Shown piece by piece: positions 10,075-19,173 of a stretch of 64,000 bases of DNA. The position numbers and the translations under genes are program-made. The stretch comes from an uncultured delta proteobacterium (GTDB taxonomy: Bacteria > Desulfobacterota > Binatia > HRBIN30 > BPIQ01). The notes beneath the pieces are model-generated. The model worked only from the letters and a program-made list of their open reading frames with translations. It had not been told where the DNA came from and did not search any database. The stretch covers positions 96,001 through 160,000 of the forward strand of contig CAVXGR010000013.1 in NCBI GenBank assembly GCA_963761335.1, read 5' to 3'. How positions within the stretch are numbered: position 1 is the first letter of the stretch; each line of letters begins with the position of its first letter.

Positions 10075-11646
10075 TTCCGCCATGCGCCGCAGCGCCGCCT
10101 TTTCCACCTTTCCGGTTCCGGTGCGCGGCACGTCGGCGTCGGCGATGAGAAACACCTGGCGCGGCACCTTGTAGCTGGCGAGGTTCTCGCGGCAGAAGGC
10201 GATCAGCTCGTCGGCCGTAGCGCTGGCGCTGGGCTGCAGCACGACGAAAGCGGCGACGTTCTCGCCGCGCGTCGGGTGCGGCACGCCGACCACGTGCGCC
10301 GCCTTCACGGCCGGGTGGCGGCCGAGCGCCTCCTCGACCTCGACGGCGGCGACGTTGACGCCGGCGGTCTTGATCACGTCCTTGAGGCGGGTGGCGAAGT
10401 GCAGATAACCGTCCTCGTCGAAGTAGCCGAGATCGCCGGTCCGGAAGAAACCTTCGGCGTCGAAGGTCTGTGTCCGCGGCAGGCGGTAATAGCCCTCCAT
10501 CAGCGTCGGCCCCTTGACGTGAATCTCGCCGCTCTCCCCCTGGGGCACCTCGGCGCGGGTCCCGGGATCGACGATGCGCACCTCCATTCCCGGCAGCGGC
10601 CGGCCGAAGCTGCCGGCGCGTACCGGCTCCGGATCGTCCCAGCGGGTCGCCGTGACCACCGTCGCCGTCTCCGACATGCCGTACACGCCTATGGCCTGAT
10701 GATCCGTGCCGAGAAGGCGCGGCGCCAGGGCGTGATAGGTGCCCTTCTTCAGGCGCAGGCGGCGGCGGCCGAACTCGGGATGCTCGAGCAGCGGTCCGGC
10801 CTGATGCCAGCCGGCCATCAGCGTGCAGCCCTCGCGCTCCAGCAGATCCAGCGCGCCACCGGCCTCCACCGATTCCTGCAGGACGATACGGCCGCCTCCG
10901 GCCAGCGTCGCGAGGGCGCCGAGGACGAATCCTCCACTCCAGAACAGCGGCATGTGTCCCCACCAGGCATCTTCCGCGCCGAGGCCGAAGCACTCGGCGA
11001 TGCGCCGGCCCGAGGTCGCCAGGGCGGCGTGGGCGTGCAGCACCGCTTTCGCCTGCGCCGTCGTTCCCGAGGTGAAGAAGATCGTCGCCCAGTCGACCGG
11101 GGACACCGCCGCCTCGACAGCGTCGAGAAAGGCGTCTTCGACGTCGTCGCGGAGATCGCCCCAGCGCTCGGCGCCCGCCGCCTCTCCCTCGAGAAGAGCG
11201 ATCCGGCGCAGCGCCGGCGCCGCCGCGGCGCGCAGCAACCCCGGTGTGGCGCTGCGCATTTCGGGGAGAATGTCGTTCAGGCTGGCGACATAGTCGTGCT
11301 TGCGAAACTCCGGCATACTCACCAGCATCTGCACATCGGCGTGGCGCAGCGCGTAGGCGATCTCGTCGCGCTTCCAGAGCGTCGAGAAGGGGACCAGCAC
11401 GGCGCCGAGGCGCAGGGCCCCGAAGGCGATCGGCAGCCATTCGGTGCGGTTCGAGCAGAGGAAGCCGACCCGCGTGCCCTTGCCGGCGCCGGCGGCGAGG
11501 AGCTTCTTGGCCGCGGTCCGGCTGGCGGCGCGCAGCTGCGCCCAGCTGAGCCGCGCCGTCACCTCGGCGCGCGGCGCGTAGGCCAGCGCCTCGCGCTCGG
11601 GGAAGCGCGAGGCGCAGGAATCGAGAAACCCGCCGAGCGTCTCCAT
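10033..11646 (-). CDS. Class I adenylate-forming enzyme (acyl-CoA ligase)
   Basis: Motifs FFTSGTT, YGMSET, RTGDLG and TGKVEK. Start METLGG overlaps the stop of the hydratase. Confidence 0.9.
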   Translation of the reverse strand: METLGGFLDSCASRFPEREALAYAPRAEVTARLSWAQLRAASRTAAKKLLAAGAGKGTRVGFLCSNRTEWLPIAFGALRLGAVLVPFSTLWKRDEIAYALRHADVQMLVSMPEFRKHDYVASLNDILPEMRSATPGLLRAAAAPALRRIALLEGEAAGAERWGDLRDDVEDAFLDAVEAAVSPVDWATIFFTSGTTAQAKAVLHAHAALATSGRRIAECFGLGAEDAWWGHMPLFWSGGFVLGALATLAGGGRIVLQESVEAGGALDLLEREGCTLMAGWHQAGPLLEHPEFGRRRLRLKKGTYHALAPRLLGTDHQAIGVYGMSETATVVTATRWDDPEPVRAGSFGRPLPGMEVRIVDPGTRAEVPQGESGEIHVKGPTLMEGYYRLPRTQTFDAEGFFRTGDLGYFDEDGYLHFATRLKDVIKTAGVNVAAVEVEEALGRHPAVKAAHVVGVPHPTRGENVAAFVVLQPSASATADELIAFCRENLASYKVPRQVFLIADADVPRTGTGKVEKAALRRMAEGDRLLLPGDVSSK

Positions 11647-12440
11647 CACTTCCCGGTGAACCGCGGCGGCCGCTTCTCGGCAAAGGCGCGCACCGCTTCC
11701 TTGTGGTCCTCGGTCTCGCCGAGAACGCCCTGGGCCAGGGCCTCCGCCTCGACTGCCTGGCGAAAGTCGGCGCGCGCGTTGCGTTCGAGCAGACCGCGCC
11801 CCAGGCGCGTCGCCTGCGGCGGCTGCGCGGCGATCGCCGCGGCGATCGCCGCCACCCGCTCGGCGAAACGCTCGACCTCGACCACCTCGGTGACCAGACC
11901 AATCCGCAGAGCCTCCGCCGCCGCCACAGGCTCCGCGGTCAGGAAGATGCGCTGCGCATTGGCGAGGCCGACACGGCGCGGCAGCAGGTAGGTGGTACCG
12001 CAGTCGGGCACGAAGCCGACCTTGACGAAGCTGAAGACGAAACGCGCCGCCGCCGATGCCACGGCGAAATCGCAGGCGAGCACGTAGGCGCACGCCATGC
12101 CGGCGGCGACGCCGTTCACCGCGGCGATCATCGGCTTCTGCCGCTGCAACAGCCGCTCGATTACACCGGCACCGTGGAGATTGCGCTGCCGGCCGACGAG
12201 CGCCGTGCGTCCCAGCCGATCGCCGCGCCCCATCAGCTTCAGGTCGGCGCCCGCCGAGAAGGCCCGGCCCGCACCGGTCATCACGATGGCGCGAATCGCT
12301 TCGTCGGCGTCCGCCTGGGCAACCAGATCCGCCAGCCGATCGCCCATCTCCGGCAGCAGCGCATTGAGCGCCTCGGGCCGGTTGAGAGTGATGGTGGCAA
12401 CCCCGCCGGCGGCTTCGTAGGTGACATGGGCTGAGGTCAT
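11646..12440 (-). CDS. Enoyl-CoA hydratase/isomerase family protein
   Basis: Motifs LNRPEALNAL, AFSAGADL, KPMIAAVNG and PDCG. Confidence 0.92.
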   Translation of the reverse strand: MTSAHVTYEAAGGVATITLNRPEALNALLPEMGDRLADLVAQADADEAIRAIVMTGAGRAFSAGADLKLMGRGDRLGRTALVGRQRNLHGAGVIERLLQRQKPMIAAVNGVAAGMACAYVLACDFAVASAAARFVFSFVKVGFVPDCGTTYLLPRRVGLANAQRIFLTAEPVAAAEALRIGLVTEVVEVERFAERVAAIAAAIAAQPPQATRLGRGLLERNARADFRQAVEAEALAQGVLGETEDHKEAVRAFAEKRPPRFTGK

Positions 12441-12560
12441 ACCCTCACCCTGACCCTCTCCCGCAAGGGAGGCGGGAGAGGGGACCTGTTACCGTGCCGG
12501 TGGAGCTTCCCCGCTGCGATCCCGGGTTCCCTCTCCCGCTCTTTCCGCGGGGGTTACCAT

Positions 12561-12905
12561 GTACGGCATGGTGATTGCCGCGGGGAGCTCGAACGCGAGG
12601 GGGGTTGGTAGCCTCCGCTCCCGCGGGCCTCAAGGACCATATTCCCCTCGTCGCCTCCCTGCGGTCGGCGCCGATTCCTCGCGGAACAAAATCGTCCTTG
12701 ACCCCCGCTCCGCTGCGGCTGGTGGGGGCTCCTATGGCGGAAAGGGAGACCTTTCCGCCTGCGGACAAGGCGGAACGCTCCACCCGGAGCAGAGGGGGCA
12801 GAGGCAACGCGTGCCTTATCGCGCCGAAAAGGGGAGCCTCCTTCTCAGAAACGCGAGACGCCACAGTGGCGTTCAGCAACGCTGCATCGCAGGCAGCAAA
12901 ACGGA
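12561..12905 (+). ncRNA. Candidate bridge/seek RNA region (left non-coding end of IS110)
   Basis: About 350 nt non-coding, GC-rich with hairpins, lying downstream of the -10 half of the junction promoter. Function inferred from IS110 biology. Confidence 0.45.
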
Positions 12906-12916
12906 AGGAGACTCCC

Positions 12917-14008
12917 ATGCGAAGATTAGTTCTAAAGCCCGTAGGCAAGCAACACCTCCCAACGCGCCCCGCCGCCGGCGAGAGCGTGATCATCGGTGTC
13001 GATCTGTCGCGCTCGAAATGGGTCTACACCTGTCGCTGGAGTGGGCTGGAGCAGCGGCGGCTGAGCACCCCCGGCGAGCTCTGCCACCTCCAAGCTCTGG
13101 CAGGCGAGTACCGGGGCTACGGCTGCCACGTGCACATCGTCTACGAGGCCTGCGGCTTCGGCTACGAGATCGCCTGGTGGGCGCAGGCGCAGGGACTCGA
13201 TGTGCTGGTGGTGCCGCCGAGCACCGTGGAGAAGGCACCCGGCAGCCACGTGAAGACCGATGGACACGACGCCAGCGGCCTGGCACTGCGCTACGAGAGA
13301 GGAATGCTCAAAGGCATCCACATTCCGGTCCGGAACTGTCACCAGCTGCGCCAGCTGTCGCGCACTTACGATGCCGCTCTGCGCGATCGCAAGAGACAGC
13401 AAGCCAGAGTGCGCATGCTGCTCCAAGAGCACGGATACATGCCGCCTGCGCCGAGCGCCGGCTGGTCGACGCTCGGGCAGTGGCTGGCGGCCCAGGAGTT
13501 CGCCCCCGCCCTCAAGGCCTGTGTGGCGCAGCTGCTCATCCTGCGCCAGAGCGCCGCGATGAGCACCAAGATGCTCAAGACAGAGCTGCTTGGGGTCGCT
13601 GCCCTGCCGCAGTACAAGCCACTGGTTCAGGCGCTCACCGCGCAGTCCGGTGTGGGCAAATTCACCGCGATTCGCTTCGTGCTCGAGGTGGGCGACATCC
13701 ATCGATTTGCCACCGCCGACTCCATCGTCAACTTCTACGGCCTCGCGCCCCAGGAGCACAGCACCGGCGACACCGTGCGACGGGGTCGGATTCGCAAGTG
13801 CGGTCCCGCCTTCATTCGCTCGTGGATCATCCAGTGCGCCTGGGTTGCTCGCGGTACCCGTGGCGATGCCGAGCTGCGGGAGTTCTACCAGAGACTGTGG
13901 CCGCGGGTCGGCAAGAAGAAGGCCATCGTGGCGGTGGCGCGCAAGCTGGCACTGCGGCTGCGAGCTCGCTGGCTCGCCTACGAGCGGAGCCAGGCGCAAG
14001 CGGCCTAG
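12917..14008 (+). CDS. IS110-family transposase/recombinase
   Basis: RuvC-like DEDD motifs (IIGVDL, YEACG, KTDGHD) and C-terminal domain (GVG...GDIHRF...GLAP.EHSTG...AVARKL). AAGGAG RBS before ATG 12917. Confidence 0.93.
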   Translation: MRRLVLKPVGKQHLPTRPAAGESVIIGVDLSRSKWVYTCRWSGLEQRRLSTPGELCHLQALAGEYRGYGCHVHIVYEACGFGYEIAWWAQAQGLDVLVVPPSTVEKAPGSHVKTDGHDASGLALRYERGMLKGIHIPVRNCHQLRQLSRTYDAALRDRKRQQARVRMLLQEHGYMPPAPSAGWSTLGQWLAAQEFAPALKACVAQLLILRQSAAMSTKMLKTELLGVAALPQYKPLVQALTAQSGVGKFTAIRFVLEVGDIHRFATADSIVNFYGLAPQEHSTGDTVRRGRIRKCGPAFIRSWIIQCAWVARGTRGDAELREFYQRLWPRVGKKKAIVAVARKLALRLRARWLAYERSQAQAA

Positions 14009-14315
14009 ACTCTTGTTCATCGACCACCAACCCGCTCCGCATCCGGCAGGCTGTCCCCTCGAGCGACTGCGTCTGGCCCTCTGGTTGCGCCGCAAGGTGC
14101 CAACGTTCGGGAGTTTTGCAGCGCTCGGCAATATCCAACGGGACGAATGATAACTTGGTGACCGTCCCCACACGAGGACGCGCACGAATAGAAGACTCGC
14201 CACCGACGGATCGGAGCCCAGAACAGAGCGAGGGCGTACATGACCACTTGACAAGAGCCGTCATAGAAGAGGGTCAGGGTGAGGGCCAAACCCACCGAGT
14301 TACGGCGCAGCATCT

Positions 14316-15512
14316 TCACCCGCATGCCCCCGCGGCGCGCAGCGCCTCGATCTCCTCGTCCGACTTGCCCAGCTGCCGCAGCACCTCCAGGGTGTGCTCG
14401 GCAAGCCCGGGCGGCGGGATGCGCAGCGAGCCGGGCGTGTCGCTCATGTGGATGGGGACGTTCATGGTGCGAAACGGACCGTGCTTCGGATGCTCCCACT
14501 CGGCGACCGAGCCGATCGCCTTCAGCTGCTCCATCTCGAAGAGCTCCTTCAAGTCGTTCACCCGGCACGAGGGCACGTCGTAATCGGTGCACAGCTTGAT
14601 CCAGTGATCGCGCCCGCGCGTGCGGAAGATCTCCTGCAGGACGGAGACGACCTCGTCTCGGTTCTGACAGCGCACCGTGTTGCTGGCGAACTTCGGGTTC
14701 TCGAGCAGGTCCTCGCGGCCGAGCGCCGCGCAGAGGCGTTTGAAGAAGGCATTGGAGAGGCAGGCGACGATGAAGTAGCCGTCGTTCGCCTCGAAGGCCT
14801 GGTAGGGAACCAGATCCGGATGTCCATTGCCGAACTTCTGGTACTCGTGCCCGGTGTTCAGGTACGAGGTCGAGATGTCGGCGAGGAGCGAGATCACCGC
14901 ATCGAGCATGGTGAGATGGATGCGCTGGCCGACGCCGCTCTCCTTGCGGTGATACAGCGCCAGGGCGATGGCGTAGGCGGCATAGATGCCGGAGGAGATG
15001 TCGGCAACCGGGCCGGCGGCCTTGACCGGCGGCCCACCGGGAAAGCCGGAGAGGCCCATCATGCCACCGGTGGCCTGCAGGATGAGGTCCATGCCCGGGT
15101 TCTGCGCGATCGGGCCCGTCTCTCCGAAGGCGGTGATGGAGGTGTAGATGAGGCGCGGATTGACGGTGCGCAGGTGCTCGTAGCCGAGGCCGAGCCGATC
15201 CATGACGCCGGGGCGGAAGTTTTCCACCAGCACGTCGGCGCTCTTCACCATCTCCTCGAGCAGCTTCACTCCGCCCGGCTTCTTGACGTCGACGCCGACC
15301 GACTTCTTGTTGCGGTTCAGGCCCCAGAAGTTGAAGCTGCCGATGATCGGATCCTGTCCGCGCGCGTGGCGAATGGCGTCGCCGCGACCCGGCTTCTCGA
15401 TCTTCCACACCTCGGCACCCATGTCGCCGAGGAGCGTCGTGCACCACGGCCCGGCGGCCTGGTGGCTCAGGTCGATGACGCGCACGCCCTTAAGCGGTCC
15501 GCGGTTCTCCAT
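14316..15512 (-). CDS. CaiB/BaiF family III CoA-transferase
   Basis: Motifs PLKGVRVIDLS, NRNKKS, ENFRPG and GMDLILQA. Confidence 0.92.
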   Translation of the reverse strand: MENRGPLKGVRVIDLSHQAAGPWCTTLLGDMGAEVWKIEKPGRGDAIRHARGQDPIIGSFNFWGLNRNKKSVGVDVKKPGGVKLLEEMVKSADVLVENFRPGVMDRLGLGYEHLRTVNPRLIYTSITAFGETGPIAQNPGMDLILQATGGMMGLSGFPGGPPVKAAGPVADISSGIYAAYAIALALYHRKESGVGQRIHLTMLDAVISLLADISTSYLNTGHEYQKFGNGHPDLVPYQAFEANDGYFIVACLSNAFFKRLCAALGREDLLENPKFASNTVRCQNRDEVVSVLQEIFRTRGRDHWIKLCTDYDVPSCRVNDLKELFEMEQLKAIGSVAEWEHPKHGPFRTMNVPIHMSDTPGSLRIPPPGLAEHTLEVLRQLGKSDEEIEALRAAGACG

Positions 15513-17040
15513 GACTCTCCCCCTCACTCAGCTTCTGCCTGAGCACGTTGGTCTGCACTTTGTTGGCGGCATTGCGCGGCAGCACCGCGACAAACTCGAC
15601 GCGGCGTGGCTTCTTGAATCCGGACAAGGTGGTTGCCGCAAACGCCACCAGCGCCTCGGCATCGACAGCGGCGCCGGCGCGGCGGACGACGACGGCGGTT
15701 ACCTGCTCGCCCCACTTCGGATGTGGTGTGCCGATCACGGCGACGTCCTCAACGTCCGGATGGGCGCGCAGGACGTCCTCCACCTCCACCGGCGAGACGT
15801 TCTCGCCACCGGTGATGATCAGGTCCTTGACCCTGCCGGTGATGAAGAAAAAGCCCTCGGCGTTCCGCCGGCCGAGGTCGCCGGTGTGCAGCCAGCCGTC
15901 GCGGATGGCGGCGGCGGTGGCGGCACGGTCGCGGTAATAGCCCTGCATGACGGTCGGGCCGCCGATGACCAGCTCTCCTTCTTCGTCGGGGCCGGCGAAG
16001 CTGCCGTCGGCACGGCGCACGGCGACGGCGACGTAGGGATTCATGCGGCCCACCGTCCCCTCATGATCGAAGATGCTGGTGCCGCGCGCCATGGCCACGC
16101 CGTCGGTCGACTCCGACTGCCCGTACGCTTCGATCACCTCGGCACCGTCGAAGAGCCGCGCCAGAGCGCGCTTCGCCTGCATCGGTGTGGCGGCGCCGCC
16201 GACGCTGACCTTGCTCACGCAGCGGCGGACACCGGCGGGGATATCCTTCCGCGTCGCAACGTCGAACACCATGCCGGCAATCAGCGGCAGGTCGGTCACC
16301 CGGAAGCGCTCGACGGCTTCGAGCACCTGGTCGACGGCAAACTTCTCGATCAGCACGGCGCTGGCGCCGGTGAGCATGCGGCAGAGCAGGTGGGACACGA
16401 ACACGGGCGTGTGCGTCAGCGGGCTCAGGCAGGCGCCGACGGACGCCGCCGTGTCGCCACGCGCCTCGGCGCAGGCCAGCGCCGACCAGAGGAGGTTGCC
16501 GTGACTGATCATCACCCCCTTGGGTGCTCCGGTGGTTCCCGAGGTGTAGGCGAGCACCGCCAGCGAGTCGGCAGCGGGCGTGCGCGGCGACGCCGGGCGC
16601 ACGCTGGCGCGGCGCAGCGCTCGCGGCCGCAGCGGCAGCTCGGCCTCGCAGGCAAAAGCGGGAATTCCGGCGCAGGCCGCCGCCTCCCGCGCCACCGGCG
16701 CCCGCGCCGCATCGCACAAAAGAGCGGCCGCCTGCGAGCGCTCCAGCAGGACTCCGGTCTCCCGCGCCGTCGAGCGCACGCCGATGGGGACGGCGACGGC
16801 GCCGAGGCCCCACACCGCGAAGCTCGCGGCGACCAGCGCCGGTTGGTTCGCCGCCATGATGCCGAGGCGCTGCCCGCCGCCGATGCCGCGCTTCGCCAGC
16901 CAGTGCGCCAGCTCGTCGACCGCTGCGGCGAGCTCGCCGTAGACGATGTGGCGGCCGCCGAAGAAGAGACCGCCTTCGCCCCCGCGCCGCTGCGCCTGCA
17001 GGCGCAGGAAATCGGGGGTACTGGGGAGGAGAAGGCTCAT
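15490..17040 (-). CDS. Class I adenylate-forming enzyme (acyl-CoA ligase)
   Basis: Motifs YTSGTTGAPKG, YGQSE, HTGDLG and GGENVSP. Confidence 0.9.
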   Translation of the reverse strand: MSLLLPSTPDFLRLQAQRRGGEGGLFFGGRHIVYGELAAAVDELAHWLAKRGIGGGQRLGIMAANQPALVAASFAVWGLGAVAVPIGVRSTARETGVLLERSQAAALLCDAARAPVAREAAACAGIPAFACEAELPLRPRALRRASVRPASPRTPAADSLAVLAYTSGTTGAPKGVMISHGNLLWSALACAEARGDTAASVGACLSPLTHTPVFVSHLLCRMLTGASAVLIEKFAVDQVLEAVERFRVTDLPLIAGMVFDVATRKDIPAGVRRCVSKVSVGGAATPMQAKRALARLFDGAEVIEAYGQSESTDGVAMARGTSIFDHEGTVGRMNPYVAVAVRRADGSFAGPDEEGELVIGGPTVMQGYYRDRAATAAAIRDGWLHTGDLGRRNAEGFFFITGRVKDLIITGGENVSPVEVEDVLRAHPDVEDVAVIGTPHPKWGEQVTAVVVRRAGAAVDAEALVAFAATTLSGFKKPRRVEFVAVLPRNAANKVQTNVLRQKLSEGESHGEPRTA

Positions 17041-17046
17041 GGGGAG

Positions 17047-17403
17047 GGGGACAGTGTGTCATGAACCTGCGGTTCACCAACAGACCATGAATAGGGACGG
17101 CGTCCTGATTCACTGATCAGACACTTGCGATGATATTTCCGCGCCGCGGGTGCGGGTCTCCTCTCCCCGCATCTTTCCGCGGGGAGAGGATCAAGGTGAG
17201 GGGTCCCTGTCTCGCTGAAAGCTCGTGAATCTCCACGGCCTTCACAGAGATCGGCACCCTCACCCTGACCCTCTCCCGCCAGTAATGCGGGAGAGGGAAC
17301 GCACCCCCGAAGTGCACACCCAACAGATGTTCGAAGCAGGCAACTCTTGCCGCTGATCTTGCAGCGACAGGGTGAATCTGGGCAGCAAAAGTAGCCTGTC
17401 CCC
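17047..17403 (+). mobile_element. REP doublet interrupted by a 285-bp variant of the CAG-inserting element (17055-17339)
   Basis: Same ends as 36584-37010 (TGTGTCATGAACCTGCGGTTCACCAACAGAC ... CCCAACAGATGTTCGAAGCAG) but the interior holds CCCTCACCCTGACCCTCTCCCGC-type REPs. Confidence 0.7.
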
Positions 17404-17409
17404 ATTTGG

Positions 17410-18003
17410 TTACTCGCCGAGGTCCTCGACCGAGGAGATGATGCTCCCCACCAGGCCGTACTCCTTGGCTTCCTGCGCCGACATCCAGAAGTTGCGCTCC
17501 ATGTCCTTCTCGATGCGCTTCACCGGCTGCCCTGTCTTCTCCGAGATGATGCGGATCATGCGGGCGCGCATCTTGATGATCTCGGTGGCCTCGATCTCCA
17601 GATCGGTGGCGCGGCCGCCTGCACCGCCCGCGGGCTGATGCAGAAGAAAGCGCGTGTTCGGCAGGCAGAAACGGTCCTCCTTCTCCGCCGCCAGGTAGAT
17701 GTGGGCGCCGGCGCTGGCCACCCAGCCGGTGCCGATCATGCGAATGCGCGGGCGGACGAACTGAAGCATGTCGAAGATGGTATCGGCGGATTCCACGTGA
17801 CCGCCCTGCGAGTGCACGTACACGGTGATCATGTCGTTGGAGTCCGCGGCCATGATCAGCACCTGCGCCATGATGTCGTGCGCCACCTTGGAGTTGATCT
17901 CGCCGCAGATGAGCAGAGTGCGGGAGTCGATCAAGCGGTGCGCCAGCCGGGTGCGCAGGCTGCTGCCGCTTCCCTTGTTCCTCTCGTCGTCTTGCTGCTT
18001 CAT
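17410..18003 (-). CDS. clpP: ATP-dependent Clp protease proteolytic subunit
   Basis: Motifs HSQGG, ASAGA (catalytic Ser), LLHQP (His) and ERNFWMSAQEAKEYGLV. Confidence 0.92.
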   Translation of the reverse strand: MKQQDDERNKGSGSSLRTRLAHRLIDSRTLLICGEINSKVAHDIMAQVLIMAADSNDMITVYVHSQGGHVESADTIFDMLQFVRPRIRMIGTGWVASAGAHIYLAAEKEDRFCLPNTRFLLHQPAGGAGGRATDLEIEATEIIKMRARMIRIISEKTGQPVKRIEKDMERNFWMSAQEAKEYGLVGSIISSVEDLGE

Positions 18004-18048
18004 TTCGCCTCACTCCTTTCGCGCGTATTGGCGCCCAGGATAGTCCAA

Positions 18049-19173
18049 TCAACACGGTCCGGCGAGGTCGTGCAGGCCGACGAACACCGTCTTGCCACCC
18101 TCGATCTTGCGGATCACCAGCCAATCGCCCTTGTAGGCCTTGTGGTCGTACGGGCCGAGGCTCATGTGGGTGCGCGGGCCGCCGTTCACGGTGGGCAACA
18201 TGCGCACCTTCTCCAGACCTTCTTTCAGGCCGCGCGGCGTCAGCAGGTTGGCGCGCCCGATTCCCTCGGCGATCAGCCGCGCCGTGTCGTAGCTGAGGGC
18301 GGTGACCGTGTGGTCGCGCCGCTTGCCGAGGTGCGCCGCAAAGCGGTCGAACATCGGGCCGAGGCGCGGGTTCTGCTCGCACATCTGGTCGATCCCGTGC
18401 CAGCCCTCGAGGGCCGTCATCCACTCCGGCTTCGCATAGCAGAACTGGAATGCCGTGGTCATGATGCGCGGCGGGTCCCAGCCGAGGCGGCCGAACATCG
18501 GGCCCATCAGGATCGTCGGGTAGCCGTAGCCGAGATAGGCGAGGCAGTCGGGCTTCTGATCGCGGATCCGCCGCAGAGTGTCTTCGAGATCATCCGGCAC
18601 CTGTGTGGTGTAGGCTTCGATGAGCACATCGAGCTTCTGGCGTGCGGCGTAGTAGCGGAAGTTGGTGGCGTACTCGACTCCACCGGGGCTGATCTCATGG
18701 ATCATGCCGACGGTGCGATAGCCGCTGCGCCGGATCCACGAGGCCATGATCGCCGCCTCCTCGGCCAGACCGCCGTTGCCGAGATTGAAGCAGAACTCGC
18801 CGTGATAGCGGTCGGTGCCCGTCCAGGTGACGGCCGGCACTCCGGTCTCCTCGATCACCGGCGCCAGCGCCAGGGAGTTGTCGGTGATCAACGGGCCGAT
18901 GGTGCAGAGCACACCGCGGCGCACCAGCTCGAGATAGCCGCCGATGGTATTCCTGGCCTCGAGCCGCGGCAGACCGATCGCCTCCTCGACCACCAGCTCG
19001 ACCGGCCGGGTGATCACCTTCTCCGCGAAGGCCTCATCGAAGCCGAAACGCAGCGCCGCGAGAAAGTCGTCCTTGGTCCCCATGTCGAGGTCGATGAGGA
19101 CGCCGATCTTCACCGGCGCAAACGGCAGGCCGTGCGGGGTTCTCTTCTGCTCGGGGGCGGCCACTTTCGTCAT
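18049..19173 (-). CDS. Type I periplasmic-binding-fold (LivK-like) substrate-binding protein
   Basis: VKIGVL N-terminus, TIGP and SYDTARLI; no clear signal peptide. Confidence 0.7.
   Translation of the reverse strand: MTKVAAPEQKRTPHGLPFAPVKIGVLIDLDMGTKDDFLAALRFGFDEAFAEKVITRPVELVVEEAIGLPRLEARNTIGGYLELVRRGVLCTIGPLITDNSLALAPVIEETGVPAVTWTGTDRYHGEFCFNLGNGGLAEEAAIMASWIRRSGYRTVGMIHEISPGGVEYATNFRYYAARQKLDVLIEAYTTQVPDDLEDTLRRIRDQKPDCLAYLGYGYPTILMGPMFGRLGWDPPRIMTTAFQFCYAKPEWMTALEGWHGIDQMCEQNPRLGPMFDRFAAHLGKRRDHTVTALSYDTARLIAEGIGRANLLTPRGLKEGLEKVRMLPTVNGGPRTHMSLGPYDHKAYKGDWLVIRKIEGGKTVFVGLHDLAGPC

Larger units (their letters stand above)
12552..14267 (+). mobile_element. IS110-family insertion sequence inserted in a REP palindrome
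   Basis: Removing 12552-14267 restores CCCTCTCCCGC-tctttcc-GCGGG|AGAGGG tcagggtgaggg. No target-site duplication; carries the IS110 transposase. Confidence 0.85.

Noticed and set aside
12575..12916. 114-aa N-terminal extension of the IS110 transposase in the ORF track
   Set aside because: An RBS precedes ATG 12917 and the catalytic motif follows soon after; the upstream region is better explained as the non-coding end.
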